From Eledone cirrhosa (Eukaryota), in NCBI GenBank assembly GCA_964016885.1, contig OZ024740.1, forward strand, positions 236,902,001-236,966,000: a stretch of 64,000 nt of DNA, in the 5' to 3' direction. Below, piece after piece: positions 26,381 to 39,075 of this stretch. How positions within the stretch are numbered: position 1 is the first letter of the stretch; every line of letters starts with the position of its first letter. The translations under genes and the position numbers were made by a program. The notes beneath the pieces are model-generated. The model saw only the letters and a program-made list of their open reading frames with translations. It searched no databases and was not told the DNA's origin.

Positions 26381-28804
26381 CATCATCATCATCATCATCA
26401 TCAACGTTTAACGTCCGTGTTCCACGCTTGCATGGGTTTGGACGGGGGTAGTCCCACTTGAGGCAAGAGTGATTGTCTTGCTCGCATAGGACTGTCTGGC
26501 AGGTTTTCTACAGTTGGATGCCCTTCCTAACACCAACCACATTTACAGTGTGGGTCTGGGAGGTTTTTACCGTGTTGCCTACACGGCCACATTACAGCGT
26601 GGACTGTGTGTTTTTTTGTCGTGACACCTACACGATCTCATTTGTTTCGGCCTCGAAGGCGCGGCACCAACATAACTTTACATAGAACGGGGTGGTGTGG
26701 ATCGGGTGGGGGTGGGGGTGGTGGGACGGGGTGTATTTTGTTAGAGATGCCTACTGGCTGGAGTAGGTTTTACTATATATTTAGGTAAGGCGGGTCTTCT
26801 CTGTTACTGAGTACCGCCAAAGGTCTCGGTCCAGTGACATTGTCTTGGAGAGGTGTAAGTGTGTGATGTCGGAGTTTATCAGCTCGTCCCAGGTTTTTCT
26901 AGGTCTGCCTATTCCGTGACTACCGTCTATCTTTATTGCCCTGCACTTTGTTATACAGCTATCGACTTTCATGCGCATCACGTGTCCATACCAACGTAGC
27001 CTTCTCTCGAGTAAACAACATCTGATCCCTCTTATCTCTAATTTTTTCCTTAGTTCGTTTATGCTTTGCCGTTCACGTATATTACTGTTACACATCCAGC
27101 GGAGCATGCAAGCTTCGTTCCTCTCTAGTCTGCGTATATCCTCTGCACACAATGCCCAGGTCTCACTGCCATGCAGCATTGCTGTTCGTATGCAGGCATC
27201 GTACAACCTGCCTTTCATTTTTAGTGAGAACCCTTTAGCAGCTAATAGTGGTATAAGCTCTCTGAACTTTTTCCAACCAGTTCTGACTCTAGCTACAGTA
27301 CTTTCAGAGCACCCTCCCCCACTGCTGATTTTATCGCCCAGGTAACGGAAGCTGTCCACTATTTCTATAGAACCCTCTGCGCAATTGAAAGAGCTAGTAG
27401 TTTGTGGGCACTTGCTGCTACTTATTGCACCAGAGCACCGGCCACATGTAAAATCTATGTTCTTAGTTAGCTTACCTGTGATCCCACTACATCTTTTATG
27501 CACCCATACTTTGCATTTAGGACATAAAATGGAGTTTCTACCTACGCCTTTCCTACACACCGAGCACGACCATTTCCCAGAAGGGACCGCCGCCTTGTTT
27601 TCTTTCCTACAAACTAGCACTTTGGTCTTAGCCAGGTTAATTTTAAGTCCTTTTGACTCTAGGCCGTGCTTCCATGTTTGGAATTTCTTCTCTAGCTCGG
27701 CCATTGATTCCGCTATGAGTGTCAGGTCGTCTGCGTATAGGAGTTCCCATGGGCAGCCTGTCTTGAACTCCTCTGTTATAGCCTGAAGGGCAATAATAAA
27801 TAGTAGTGGACTGAGAACAGAGCCCTGATGGACGCCAACTTTTACGCTAAACTCTTCACTATATTCGTTGTTAATTCTAACCTTGCTGACTGTTTCTTTA
27901 TACATGGCTTGTATAGCCCTCACAAGCCATTCGTCAACGCCTAGTTTTCTAAGAGCCCACCAGATAATGGAGCGGGGGACTCTGTCGAAGGCTTTCTCCA
28001 AGTCGACAAAAGCTAAGTAGAGGGGTTTACCTTTAGCTAGGTACTTCTCCTGTAGTTGTCGTACTATGAAAAGAGCGTCTGTGGTACTTTTGCCTGACAC
28101 AAACCCGAACTGCATTTCATCTAGGTCAATTCTCTCTCTGATTAGTTGCGCTATTACTCTTTCCGTGACCTTCATGACCTGGTCGATTAATTTAATGCCT
28201 CTATAGTTACTCCTATCTAGGGCGTCTCCTTTACCCTTATAACAGTTAACGATGATGCTGCTATGCCAGTCCTTCGGAACAACCCCATTCTGTACGACTT
28301 GGTTAACTATGCGGGTGACCATGGTGTGTCCCACCGTGCCAGATGCCTTCAGCATCTCAGCAACTATTTCCGAAGGCCCAGCCGCCTTACCAGTCTTCAT
28401 ATCCTTGATTGCCTTACTTATTATACTCCCCTCGACTAACACTGCTGGTCCCTCTATTGGGTCGATATGGGGGAGACTGCCTTTCTCCCAATTATTCTCC
28501 TCATTTAGAAGCCTTTCATAGTGACACTTCCAAGCTACCTTCTTATCAGCGTTGGTGATGGCAAGTGTGCCATCGTCGTTTAGTACACACTTCTCCCCGA
28601 CAATATCACGGTTTTCCTTGACGCATTGCCTAGCAATCCTGAACACCTCACGTTTTTGGTCATCGCGTTGTAGAACATGCTTGAACTTTCTTTCCTCAGC
28701 TTCCCTTCTTGCTAAGTACACTTGTCTCCTAGCTTCCCTCCTGGCCACTTGATAGTCCTCTCTACTTCCCCCATCCCGCCATACTTTCCAAGCCTGCTTT
28801 TTGG
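26381..28804 (-). mobile_element. Young 5'-truncated RTE-clade LINE with (GAT)n tail
   Basis: Uninterrupted ORF, 3'UTR of about 380 bp, tail at 26381-26403; the APE domain is absent. Confidence 0.97.
26781..28804 (-). pseudogene. RTE ORF2 fragment: reverse transcriptase with a PHD (C4HC3) finger between palm and thumb
   Basis: NYRGIKL, QFGF, FVDLEKAFD, GVHQGSVLSP, LLYADD, a C4HC3 motif at 27435-27572, FRYLG, LHGSETW, RLRWYGHV and GRPRKTW. No native start codon. Confidence 0.93.
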
Positions 28805-30399
28805 CATGCAAATTAAAGTTTAAGCGAAGAATCGCTGCTTTCACCCTTAATGGGATCTTCTGAAACTAAAAATATCAATCTGTGAACGCAGAAGTAAATA
28901 TTTCGAAAAAACGTTACACACACTATATATATATATACATACATACACACACACTATATATATATATACATACACACACACTATATATACATATATACAC
29001 ACACAGATAGTGTCGTAATGCAGACAGCCAAACATACAGACAGATATTAAAAGGGTGTGACGTTGTAGCTATGTATCTATCTAAAAAGACAGACTAAGAA
29101 AGACAGAGATCGCTAACCGGCGCCTAATGCGGTCCCTAGGGCATTGAAAATTTGAAATATTATTTGCTCAAAACACTCACACGACCATAAGTATTACATG
29201 TGTAAAGTTTGAAAAATATAGAGTTTTAGGGAGTCAGACAGACAGACATTCTCTGTTTTAGATATATAGATTATGTGAATGATAAAAAAGAATAATGCTA
29301 AAAAAATTAGACCACATTGTGAATCAGAAATTTAAAGTATGAAGATGTTCAAAATCACTTCCCACTATAAACAAACTTTGGTTGTTAATCAGAGATGAGA
29401 CCTGGCTATATGATAAAATAATTCTACTGCACAATAGATGTTGGCTTCATCTTTACCAAGAAAAATCTCAACAGTCTGAATAAACTTCAGCTGTGAGAAA
29501 TATTTAAAAGTAATACAAAAGTATTAATATAAAATACAACATTGGTAATCTAGGTTGCATATTGGCCCCCAAAATACAGCTTTGTTTTGAAAGACATGAA
29601 AAATTCACCAAGACTGGTTAACGCAGGACAGTTTACTAATGAACACTAATCAATATATCAAATTTAATATTTTAAACAATGCTTCCAGATGTACTGCTTT
29701 AAAAGTGAAAGACCCATTTTAATAGTTACACATTTCTAGAGACAGTCTCGTTAATGGCTTGTAGTTACCAATGAAGAACGTAATTAATAACACATAGCCA
29801 AAGCTACAGGGTCAGATTACTCTTGTCATCTAATTATACATCATCATCTTTAACATCCCATTTTCTATACAGGCATGAGTTAGACTCTACCCTGCTTCAT
29901 CTTGCCTGCAACAAGACCAGTCATTCTGCAAACTAGCCTCACTCCCACCCCCCGTATCTTCCCCTGATACCTTTCACCCTCATAACATGGTGTTTTCTCA
30001 TACATCACACATCATTGCATACATTAGCTGACACTTTCTCAGCTCACTTGCAGGCTAGACCAAAGGTAGTTGTGGAGGGGATGGTGACAGTTGGGCTAGT
30101 TGACATGGGCCTAGAATTTTAAGGAGCCTACCCCTCTCAATTCTAGTTGTTACTTGTAAGTGAACCATGTACATATGTATATATACCAGCAACCCATACA
30201 TAAATCATGTATTTAGTCCTAATTACTAAAATCTTTAAAGAGTAGTTTGAAATGTAGCCTACATTTCACATCTGACTATGTCCTATTACCACTTTTGGTG
30301 ACCTATTGAAATATTACTAGCTTAGTACAAGCATGCTTACTTATAGTATATATTTCATGGATAAATATTACACACATTGACAAAACATAATCAATACTC

Positions 30400-31560
30400 A
30401 TGTCTAACTACAAAAGCTATGCTGATGAACAATGTATATGTGATTTCTACTCAACGACCCGTGCTATTTATGGACTTGTCAAAACAGTACCCACACCAGT
30501 AAAACCTGAAAACAGCAATATTTTGGTAGACGCCTAAACAATCCCAAACCTTTGAACTGAATACTTTGGAAACCCATTAATGAGACCACAAACCACTTCT
30601 GTCTACTTTCGTGTTGATTATCCTATGTTTATCAAGTAATGACAGAAATCAGCAAACATCTCAAACTTTCAAAGAACTGGTTATTGTTAGCCACCAGATA
30701 CATGACAACACTCCTGGTTCAGATTACATTCCTGCTGAACTGTACAAACAAGGAGGAAAATCCTTGAAAGTTCATTTCTATTTCCTGATTCAAAAAATAT
30801 AGGAACTAAGATGTGTCTTTAGTGATTTTAACCATTTAGCATTTACATTACTCTATATTTACTATTGTATTTTCACAGTAAACACTTTATCTCACATAAT
30901 TATCTCACATAATATCAATATCGAATCTATGAGATTTTGATATTTATTTTGAGAACAATACATTAACATTGGTATGAGTGGCTAATTACAGCTGAATTGA
31001 ACAGAAAGAGGTGAGAGAATTCTGGCTGGATATGATCGTTTTAAAGGGTTAAAGGTATCAATACTGAGGCAATCTTAAAACAAAACAAAAACATGAAAAT
31101 TGCAGAGGGATCTTTCTGTTATCATTAGCTGGTAAGCTTTTGTCTCAAATACATCTAAACTGACTCAATCAACTATCTGAACTCATTGATATGCTTGTTG
31201 CTTCCAGACAACTTCAAGAAAAGGTGAGGGAACAGCAGGAACCAATTTTGTTCTCCCATGGTTAAATACATTAATGGAGTGCTGAGACCCATCTTCTAGA
31301 AAATACTTGAGCAATTTGAGTGTCCATATCACTTCACCGAAATAGCTCAATCATTTCATAATGGTATGAGATAACAAGTGTCATACCAAGGAGAAGTTTC
31401 TCCTGAATTGATATCAACAGTAGTGTTAAATAAGACTGCATGTCTCCATACATCCTGTTTCCAATCTTTATGACTGCAGTGAATCAACTGTGAATCCAGA
31501 CTTCACAGTTGATTAACAATCACAATAGCAGCAGTAGAGGACTTTCCAACCAGTTATAAC
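30400..31560 (+). mobile_element. Old RTE LINE relic interrupted by a MITE
   Basis: PGSDYIPAELYKQGG, QKI*E...SDFK, NCRGIFLLSLAGKLL and RQLQEKVREQQ. Boundaries approximate. Confidence 0.75.
30828..31052. mobile_element. piggyBac-type MITE family B
   Basis: ttaaccatttagcatttac ... aaagggttaa; homologous to 23514-23731. Confidence 0.88.
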
Positions 31561-32237
31561 TTAAATCATAAAACCATACATCTACGAACATGAGAGAGAA
31601 TAGAGAGAAAGATAGAGAACGAGGGGGAAGGGAGATAGAAAGACAGGGGAGAGAAAGTATGTCTGCATGATTGTCTGACCAGATAGAAATAGTAGCTAAA
31701 TTCCCTTCAAATCAGATTCTGCTGTCTTAAAAGGGAAGGACATACTAGCCTACACAACTGATAGGTTGTTCATGGCTGTACTATCATGATCATCTGTTTA
31801 CTTAATTAGGGTTGATCTGTGGCCAATCAACAACAGCCAATCTACTTTTAAAGTCAACATAAATCACTTGACCTACAATTACCAAGATAATGTCTCTTAA
31901 TCAAACTCTAATACTTAAAAAAAAAAGGAAGGACACATTGATATAATTTAGTTCTAGACACACTATATCTAAATAAAGATGGGATGGTCATGGTTGTAAT
32001 GCCTTTGATCATCTGTCTGCTGTATCAGTTGACTTGTTACTGTACAATTACAACAACCAATCCATCTGACCAATTCATAAACTTCATAAAGTTCTATGCC
32101 CAGAAACACATCATTAGTGTAATGTAGCTACAAATGGATGATTACAAGAACTGTCCCCTTTCCCAAAAGATTGAAATATCTATGTTTGTTAAACTGAACT
32201 CTTTTCTCATGACAATAGTCATTATCTTTCTCTCTTT

Positions 32238-32323
32238 GCTTTTCATCCTTACAGGGTTGATAAAATAAAGTACCAGTAATGCACTGGGTAATTGCTGGCC
32301 TTGTGCCAAAAGTAGAAACAATG
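32238..32323 (+). mobile_element. 5'-truncated S1 SINE with TSD
   Basis: The 3' 86 nt of S1, flanked by atctttctctcttt at 32224-32237 and 32324-32337. Confidence 0.88.
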
Positions 32324-34989
32324 ATCTTTCTCTCTTTCCACCCTATCTCATTGTTTACTAAGCAAGGATCATAATTATATAAAGCAGTCTATTAACACAG
32401 TAGCTTGTTCACGAAATAATTGGCAGCAAGACCTGTGAGTATTCGCCAAGAAGTGAAGTGTGTATGTGTGAGCGACTGTGTCTGTGTGTCTTACACCATT
32501 AAAGCAAGTAGTGATGTTTATCTCTGTAGTTAACCACTTTGACAAAGATAAGTGGTAAATACCATATTTAAATATAAAGTAAGGGTTGGTGTCAATAAAA
32601 GCATCCAACCATTGAAAAACTACTATCCAAAAGTCTTATCCAATCCATGCCAGCATAAAAATGTAAGCAGAATAATGATGATGATGATGTATTTTCTCTT
32701 AAACCTTAATGATTTAAATCAGATGGCAGAAATTTTCCAGCATGAAAGACAATTTATGAGAGAAAACATTTCATTATTGCAATAAATAAAGAGATAAATT
32801 TAGTTAATACTCTATTTTTACAGTGATAGGGCTGATTAAAGACATAACATAAACAGTTACATGTATTTTCTATTAGTCCATAATATCTCAATCTACAGTT
32901 ACACAATACATCATAGTTATGAAATATCACAATTTCAGTGATATTTATAGTTGAAACTGATTTTAATAACAATAATGATAGATTAGTTCAAATTAGTAAT
33001 TATAATCATTGTATTCACAAATAAAACCCTATCAACTGGTTCATATCTCAATAATTCACCAAATGGTTTGGTCACCTGATTAGTATGTCAAATAATCAGC
33101 TATATCTATGGACCTATAAGACCAAGTATTCAAGCTTCAAAACCATGCGAAGACTATGCTTTTGGTGAATTGACAGAGTCACAGACACTAGATTGCTAAC
33201 ATTATCTCCCAGAAACACCTCCCTGGTAGATATGTCTGGACAAAAAAAAAACGGTTGAAAGGAATCCAAATAAGATGCAAACTAAAACCTCCTCTTATAG
33301 TTATAAATGACATGTTAAAGAAGGAGAGGCAGAGCCTGTGGCATTTGTGGTTTTTTATAAACTGATGATGTTGAGGCAGCAAATTCTCAGCGTGAATATC
33401 TACAGTTGAATTTCTGCAGGGATATTGTGGTTAACGAGGGAACAAACAGGGAGGAGGAGTCTCATCCAAATGTTTGCAATAGAGTGAACTCTGCTGGTTT
33501 TCAAAACCAGAGTTCTAAATCTCCAAATTCAACTGATTACAGTTAGATGATCTGTATAGATAGCATTTTAATAAACAAACCTTTTAACTCATTTCATTGG
33601 TTCACTAGCAGATAGATTACCAAGAAGAAAAAATAAACTTATCTGATATGAACTGAGACAGAAAGGCACAATACTAAATATTGTCATTGGAAACATTAAC
33701 CTTATGTCTTTGGATATGGGCTGAGGTTCTCTTATGTTACATAGACTATTAGATTGAATGTTTGTGATAAGGGTAAATGAATCTTTAAATGGTATATAAG
33801 TTATTTTAAAGACTTATTAAATAAGAAGATGGTAGTCCTAATAGATATGGATGAGATAGGAATAGAATTGGTAACTTCGATTGAAAGCGCTTTCAACAAT
33901 CATATTAATAAAAAAAAACTTGTTTATTAATTCCTTTAGATATCATCATTCAGTATAATCATTGTCATCATCATATCATCAATATCCTCATTTTCTGTAT
34001 ATTTTCCATACTTTCACCATTTAGAAATTTGTCACTTAGCCAACTTAACAAAGGCTATATTAACATTTTGTTTATTTGCGCGTGTATAACTGGAGCCAAA
34101 GTTCTTTTTTTTAATCTTTTAGAAAGAAACAGACAAAGAAGAGACTAGCAATAATGAATAATAGAATGTTAAAAGCTAAGCAACCTACCTACAATAAATG
34201 CTATTAACCATTTCTTTATTTGCCACAAGGCCAATGGATGATGGGATATTACAAAAACAGTTTACAAAAACGTTAGAGGTTTACACAGTGATGATTAAGA
34301 AAAACAGCCATGAAAAAGAACAGTATACAAATGGAATGAAACGAGACATTCTAATAGGGTGGCAGCCAGCAAAGGTCACTCAAAGAAACTACAGATACAG
34401 GATTATCATGGCAAGCAAGGGCAAATAGGTGTGTTTCCCAGGATAAATGTGCATCCTGAGAATAAATCTATTCACTCAGACCATTTTTTGCCACTCTCTC
34501 TAACCTTTCAGAAAATTTTACTGGAGGACAGCATCTTCTTCACCTTCAGTTTTTACTCTAAGTGGAACTGGAAGAAGTTGAGTTCTCATCAGTCTTTTCA
34601 AGCTTGTCCTCCATACAAATTTTTCCACCAGAACCACCAGAGAGAAGGAAACTGTCTGTCCTTCCTGGTTAAATGAAGGTAGCAAACAACGTTCATAATG
34701 GATTTGTCTGATAGCCAGATAAACCTTACAAGTGTCAACAACTGTTTGACATAAATTCACAAGTATTGTCTTTGCAGGTCTGAGAAAAGTACCAAATTGG
34801 TGACTGGTGCAAATATGACCACCAAAACACTGCAATATGTCTAGATACAATAAAGGCAGTCATACCACATTGTCCTTTGCACAGAATAACAAGAGATACA
34901 TTCAGGTTTTAGGCAGAGTGGCCTATTCAAAAATATATTGCAATCTCCATCCAACACTGCAAAAATTGGTGATGGGCTTGTGACCTGTC

Positions 34990-37190
34990 CTGGAAGGTAT
35001 GAAATGGAAGCACAAGAGTTATATATCATGAAACCCCGAAAGGAGTCTTGAAAAGAGCAAACCGTAACACTTGGAACCTGGAACATCACAACCCTTACAG
35101 GCAGAGAGCAGGAACTAGTGGATGAGGCCAGATGCTACCGACTAGATATAGTCGGGGTTTCCTCAACAAAGTTCCATGTCTCTGGTACTGTAGATTTGGA
35201 TGAAGGATAGAAACTCCACTATTCAGATGTGGTGCCAGAAAAGACTGCACAGGCAAGAGTAGGCATACTCATAAGCCCTCGGGTGTCAGAATGTGTTATG
35301 GATTGGACACCATTAGGAGGGAGGATTTACCTCTTGAAGCTTAGGCTGAAAGATAGGTCTCTGTGGTGGCGTAAGTTTATGCACCAAATAGAGAGCCCAA
35401 ATACAGATCCTTCTTTGAAGTCACTAGAGCATTAGATGTGGTTAAGACTGAGTCATATATCCTAATAGAAGACTTCAATACACATGCAGTCAATGACTAC
35501 TTGACATGGAAAGGAGTGATTGGAAGGAATAGTGATCCCAATATAAATATAAATGGAGAAGCCTTATTAGACTTCTGCTCTATTCATGGACTCTCTATTA
35601 TGAATATCTTCCAGCACAAAGACATCCATAAATATACATGGTATAAAGGGAATCAATGAGAGAGACCAATAATTGATTTTGTTATTGTTTCTGATCTCTT
35701 CGATTTTGTACTGGATGTTCATGTTAAGAAATGGGCTGAGCTATCAATTGATCACCATCTAGTTATCTGCAACTTGAAACTAACTAAAGTCAAAGAAACC
35801 TACAAAACTGGTTGGTCAAGCTCATCCTACAGGATAAAGTTGGAAACTTTGGCAGATAAGGAAGTCAGGAACAGGTATGTGGATACTATTGCATTCAAAT
35901 TCAGAAAACTTCCTGAGCGAACTCAGGATATTGTAATGGAGTGGAGGTTGTTCAGCTCAGCAGTTTCTGCTTCAGCTGTTAAATACTGTAAGAAAAAGAG
36001 GCTTGGTATGGTGCTGGATGGCAGGAGCACCCCTTGGATCAATCAAATGGTAAAAAATACTATCCAAGCAAAGAAAGAGGGTTACAAAGCTTGGCTTGGA
36101 AATATCTCCTTTTTCTTGCACTTGCAGTCCAAGCATGTGCAAAAAGTCACAGTATAAAGGCATCCAAAGTTAAGACATGGGAGAACTTTGGGATTAAACT
36201 GGAATCTGACTTCAGATCAGCAAATAAAGTGTTCTGGCAAACCATCTGTCAACTTTGTAATAAGAAATCCACCTCCATGCCTGCTATCCAAAATGCATTA
36301 GGGGTTCTTCTTTCTTCAGAAAGGTGCATCCTCATGACGAGGAGAGAATACTTTGCTGATCTCCAGTCACAAAAGCATCTTCTGATGAAATCCGCCCCAA
36401 GATGTTAAAAACCTAAAATAGAGAAGGTTCTGCATGACTATGGGATCGATGGACAGCTTCTTGTTTCCCTGAATGCCCTAGTACTTGTGTTCAAATAATT
36501 GGTGCTAAGTCGACACTATTCAATGTGGGTGTTGGACTTCATCAAGGGTGCGTACTGTCATCTCTCTTGTTTGTAATCTTCATGGACACAATTGACATGT
36601 GCAGTCGAGTTGGAAGTGGTACCAAGACAGGCGGGTGTAGGATCAGTCAGCTGGAATTTGCTGATTACATGGTACTACTTAACATGCACTTGGTAGGTTT
36701 GCCCCTAAATGCTCCACAGCAGGAATGAAAATTTGCTGTAAAGACTGAGACACTGGTCCTCTCAAAGAAGCCCGTGCAGAAGAAGAGTTTGTATCAGAAG
36801 AAGAGAGGTGGGTATAAAAACCAAACTTGCTATCTTCAATTTTGTATCTGTGCCAACCCTAACCTATGGTCATGAATCTTGGGTAATGACTGAAAGAATA
36901 CAATTGCAAATACAAGTGGCCAAAATGGGGTTCCTTCAAATTGAGAGATCACAGCTCCAGTATTACGGGCATGTGCTTAGAATGTTTCAGGAAAGAATTG
37001 ATGGACAAATTTTACAGGCAAAACCAACTGGTAAGAGACCCAAGAATAACATCCATGAATTTGGCTGGTCACACTAGGGGATCCAGCCAGATCAATTGGA
37101 GATGGTTGCTTCTGACAAAACTCGCTGTAAGGTGTGCTTGAGGATTCTGCCCCACAACCCTTTCTAGGAATATGTGGAAGAAGAAGAAGA
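34990..37190 (+). mobile_element. Degenerate, internally deleted RTE LINE (Expander/Rex3-like) with APE, RT remnants and (GAA)n tail
   Basis: LGTWNITTL, DFNTH, YTWY, IDF, DHHLV, GLHQGCVLS, FADY, LTYGHESWVMT and LQYYGHVLRM; gaagaagaaga at 37177-37190. Confidence 0.9.
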
Positions 37191-37214
37191 CCAACCATAA
37201 TGGTTACATTATTT

Positions 37215-37440
37215 ACAAACTTCTATAGGTAATAACACAGTAGAAATACCACACAATTTTTGGAAGAGGTATTGATGATTATATCAACCCCACTACTTGA
37301 TTGGTACATATTTTATTAACCCACTAAGGATGAAAGGTAAAATCAGCCCATTGGAATTTGAACCCAGAACATAAAAGGATGTAACTAAATACTGCAAGAT
37401 ATGTTGTTAGTTACTCTACAAATTCTGCAAATCCACCAAC
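37215..37440 (-). mobile_element. Older S1-related SINE (long variant)
   Basis: tggtacatattttattaacccactaaggatgaaaggtaaa...atttgaacccagaac. Confidence 0.7.
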
Positions 37441-37632
37441 ATAATAACAATTGTCAGAAATCCCTTGGGATCATCGATCAAAGCTTACCAGATTTAACTG
37501 CATCCTGTTGTGGAAGACTGGCACCATACTTTGACTTTCAATTAATTGAGCTTAGACTTTGTGGAGTAAAGACGGCTTTTTAAAAAGTTCTAGTGTGTGA
37601 ACGAGGTATCAGCCATTTTAAACAATTGTTAT

Positions 37633-37857
37633 TTAATCCTTTAGCATTTACATTACTCTATATATACTATTGTGTTTTCATGGTAAAGACTTTACCTCAC
37701 AAAATTATCTCACATAATATCAAACCTATGAGATTTTGATATTATTTATTTTGAGAACAATACCTTAACATAAGCATGAGCAACCAGTTACGGCTAGTTA
37801 GAACAGAAAGGAGTGAGAGAATTCTGGCCAGATATAGCTGGTTAAAATGCTCAGGTT
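37633..37857. mobile_element. piggyBac-type MITE family B, right end degraded
   Basis: ttaatcctttagcatttacattactct...; homologous to 23514-23731. Confidence 0.82.
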
Positions 37858-38078
37858 TGTATTATTAACATCTGAGAGTGTTGGTTTTGCAGAATTAGTA
37901 GACTATAAGAAAAACTACTATGTAGAATACAATAATGAGTTAACCCAGTCTACCCACTTATATAATTTACATGATTCACTTTAGTTAACAGTTATACTCC
38001 ACACACTTCATGTACCATGTATAATGGTCAGAATTTACTGTTAAAGGTTTCAAAGAAAGACATGGAAAATATACTTAC

Positions 38079-38099
38079 ATCATCCATCAAGTTTTCAAA
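38079..38099 (-). CDS. Candidate 21-nt frame-preserving microexon (FENLMDD)
   Basis: Minus strand: ttttttttcctttaatttcag|TTTGAAAACTTGATGGATGAT|gtaagtat. Only phase 0 is free of stops. Confidence 0.6.
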
Positions 38100-39075
38100 C
38101 TGAAATTAAAGGAAAAAAAATTGATTATTTCACTTATTAACGGTTTTACTGATAGCTTAACAAAAATAGTTTAAAATCAAGGTTTCATACAATAGAATCC
38201 GAGAAAAAAAATACTGTTTAGAGGTTGTAGTTATTTGTAGCCAGCCTTGATTGAGCAGTCTTATAGCATACAAACCTAGTCCACTTTATAAAGAGGTAAT
38301 GCTCATGCCACGAAAAAACACACTTAGTACACCTTCTAAAATGGTTAAGAAATGCCTCCATGCATAGAAACCTTGCCAAATATGGAACTTATGGATAAGA
38401 TGAGGTTCCTCTGACCATGACAAACCATCCAACCCATGCTAGTATAAACTTGAACGTATGATGATTATGATTTTGCCAATGAATTCTATGGAATAGATTT
38501 TAAATTACATTTACTTTCATAAAGTACAAGCTGATATTTCATACAATTTAAATGAGGCAATATACCAAACAATATTTTGAATCTGTAAAATCTATGTAGA
38601 ACAATTAAGGAAATAGAACGCCAACATATTTAGCTTCTCTGAGCTTAAATAACAACTCATTGATGAGCAGCAGAATTGACAGTGGTGATAGTAATAATGA
38701 TCATTGCGAGAAAGATGATTATAATAATGACAATGATGAGGATATATATTGTAATTTTATCAAAAGATGTTAAAAATATTATTCTTTAATCTTTTACCAG
38801 TTTCATTTCATCTTGTTCACGTCATTAAATTACATGCAAGGTTCCAAGAATTGTATAATTACAATATACTTTGCCAGAACAATGGATTTTCTAACATTAA
38901 CCAGACTCTTCATATATATTTATACTGATGCACAGATTAAACAAGAAAACAATCTATAACAGAACCCTAAAGATGACAGAGAAAACATTTGAAATAGAGA
39001 TAAAATCTAAGCAAGAACCCTTGAATCATTTAGCACACAGACATTTCTATGAATGAAAATATATATAATGAATCA

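Larger units (their letters stand above)
25976..29270 (-). mobile_element. Non-autonomous Helitron (about 870 bp) split by an RTE insertion
   Basis: Minus strand starts A|TCTATATATC, has (TGTC)n near the 5' end and ends CCCGAGCAATGCCGGG hairpin - 8 nt - CTAG|T. A^T target, no TSD. Confidence 0.85.

Noticed and set aside
26971-28752. Plus-strand ORFs of 66-133 aa
   Set aside because: They are antisense shadows of the RTE ORF.
28805-28844. N-terminus MKAAILRLNFNLH of the 687-aa ORF as a real start
   Set aside because: It starts at GTG and lies in Helitron sequence beyond the LINE truncation point, so it is fortuitous read-through.
34430-34950. Minus-strand 110-aa ORF
   Set aside because: Only a faint LINE C-terminal resemblance (FGGHIC); no confident call.
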